From assembly GCA_964510585.1 (NCBI GenBank), contig CAZECW010000129.1, forward strand, positions 1 to 6,700: a DNA stretch of 6,700 nucleotides. Direction: 5' to 3'. The translations under genes were made by a program, and so were the position numbers. This DNA is from an uncultured archaeon. GTDB taxonomy: Archaea; Asgardarchaeota; Jordiarchaeia; Jordiarchaeales; Jordiarchaeaceae. Below are positions 6,608 through 6,700 of the stretch, piece by piece. How positions within the stretch are numbered: position 1 is the first letter of the stretch; each line of letters opens with the position of its first letter. The notes under the pieces were generated by a model that saw only the letters and a list, made by a program, of their open reading frames with translations, was not told where the DNA came from and did not search any database.

Positions 6608-6700
6608 AATCACCTCCTTGACTGCTTGCAGGGTGCTGGTCTCAGGGGGCGGTTTCCGGTACGCTCGCACGAGGCGCTGGTAGACTGTTTTCCAAGAGCC
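6596..6700 (-). CDS. C-terminal fragment of an unidentified protein running in from the right edge (possibly transposase/recombinase)
   Basis: Open frame GSWKTVYQRLVRAYRKPPPETSTLQAVKEVIVTP* with TAA at 6598-6596. It is the longest minus frame from the edge (the others stop after 29 and 18 codons) and the most protein-like. GC is higher than in the cluster genes. Too short to assign a family. Confidence 0.45.
   Translation of the reverse strand, partial: GSWKTVYQRLVRAYRKPPPETSTLQAVKEVIVTP

Noticed and set aside
6609-6619. ATCACCTCCTT on the + strand as a 16S rRNA 3' end
   Set aside because: The flanking sequence lacks the conserved helix 45 (GTAACAAGG...GAACCTGCGG).
6421-6700. Group II intron domain V/VI, C/D-box sRNA, tRNA or CRISPR array
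   Set aside because: No domain V hairpin (GAGCC appears only at the cut edge), no properly spaced C and D boxes, no cloverleaf, and no repeated unit.

Overview
Most of the window (167-6133, + strand) is a five-gene acyl-CoA metabolism cluster. It encodes an HDCF-type (SCP2-like) thiolase, the alpha and beta subunits of a GctAB-like family I CoA-transferase, an acyl-CoA ligase, and a nitronate monooxygenase/FabK-family flavoprotein. Oligo-T tracts after genes, GGAGG(T) ribosome-binding sites and the thiolase subtype suggest an anaerobic archaeon, but an anaerobic bacterium is not excluded (inference). The families parallel the steroid C/D-ring (HIP) module fadA6/ipdAB/fadD3/ipdC, but the transferase residues are Gct-like rather than Ipd-like, so the substrate is unknown. 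After an AT-rich spacer (about 34% GC, 6181-6420) the sequence jumps to about 54% GC. This part holds the last 34 codons of a minus-strand ORF followed by about 175 nt of apparently structured non-coding sequence, possibly the RNA-encoding end of a mobile element. No rRNA, tRNA or CRISPR array is supported.
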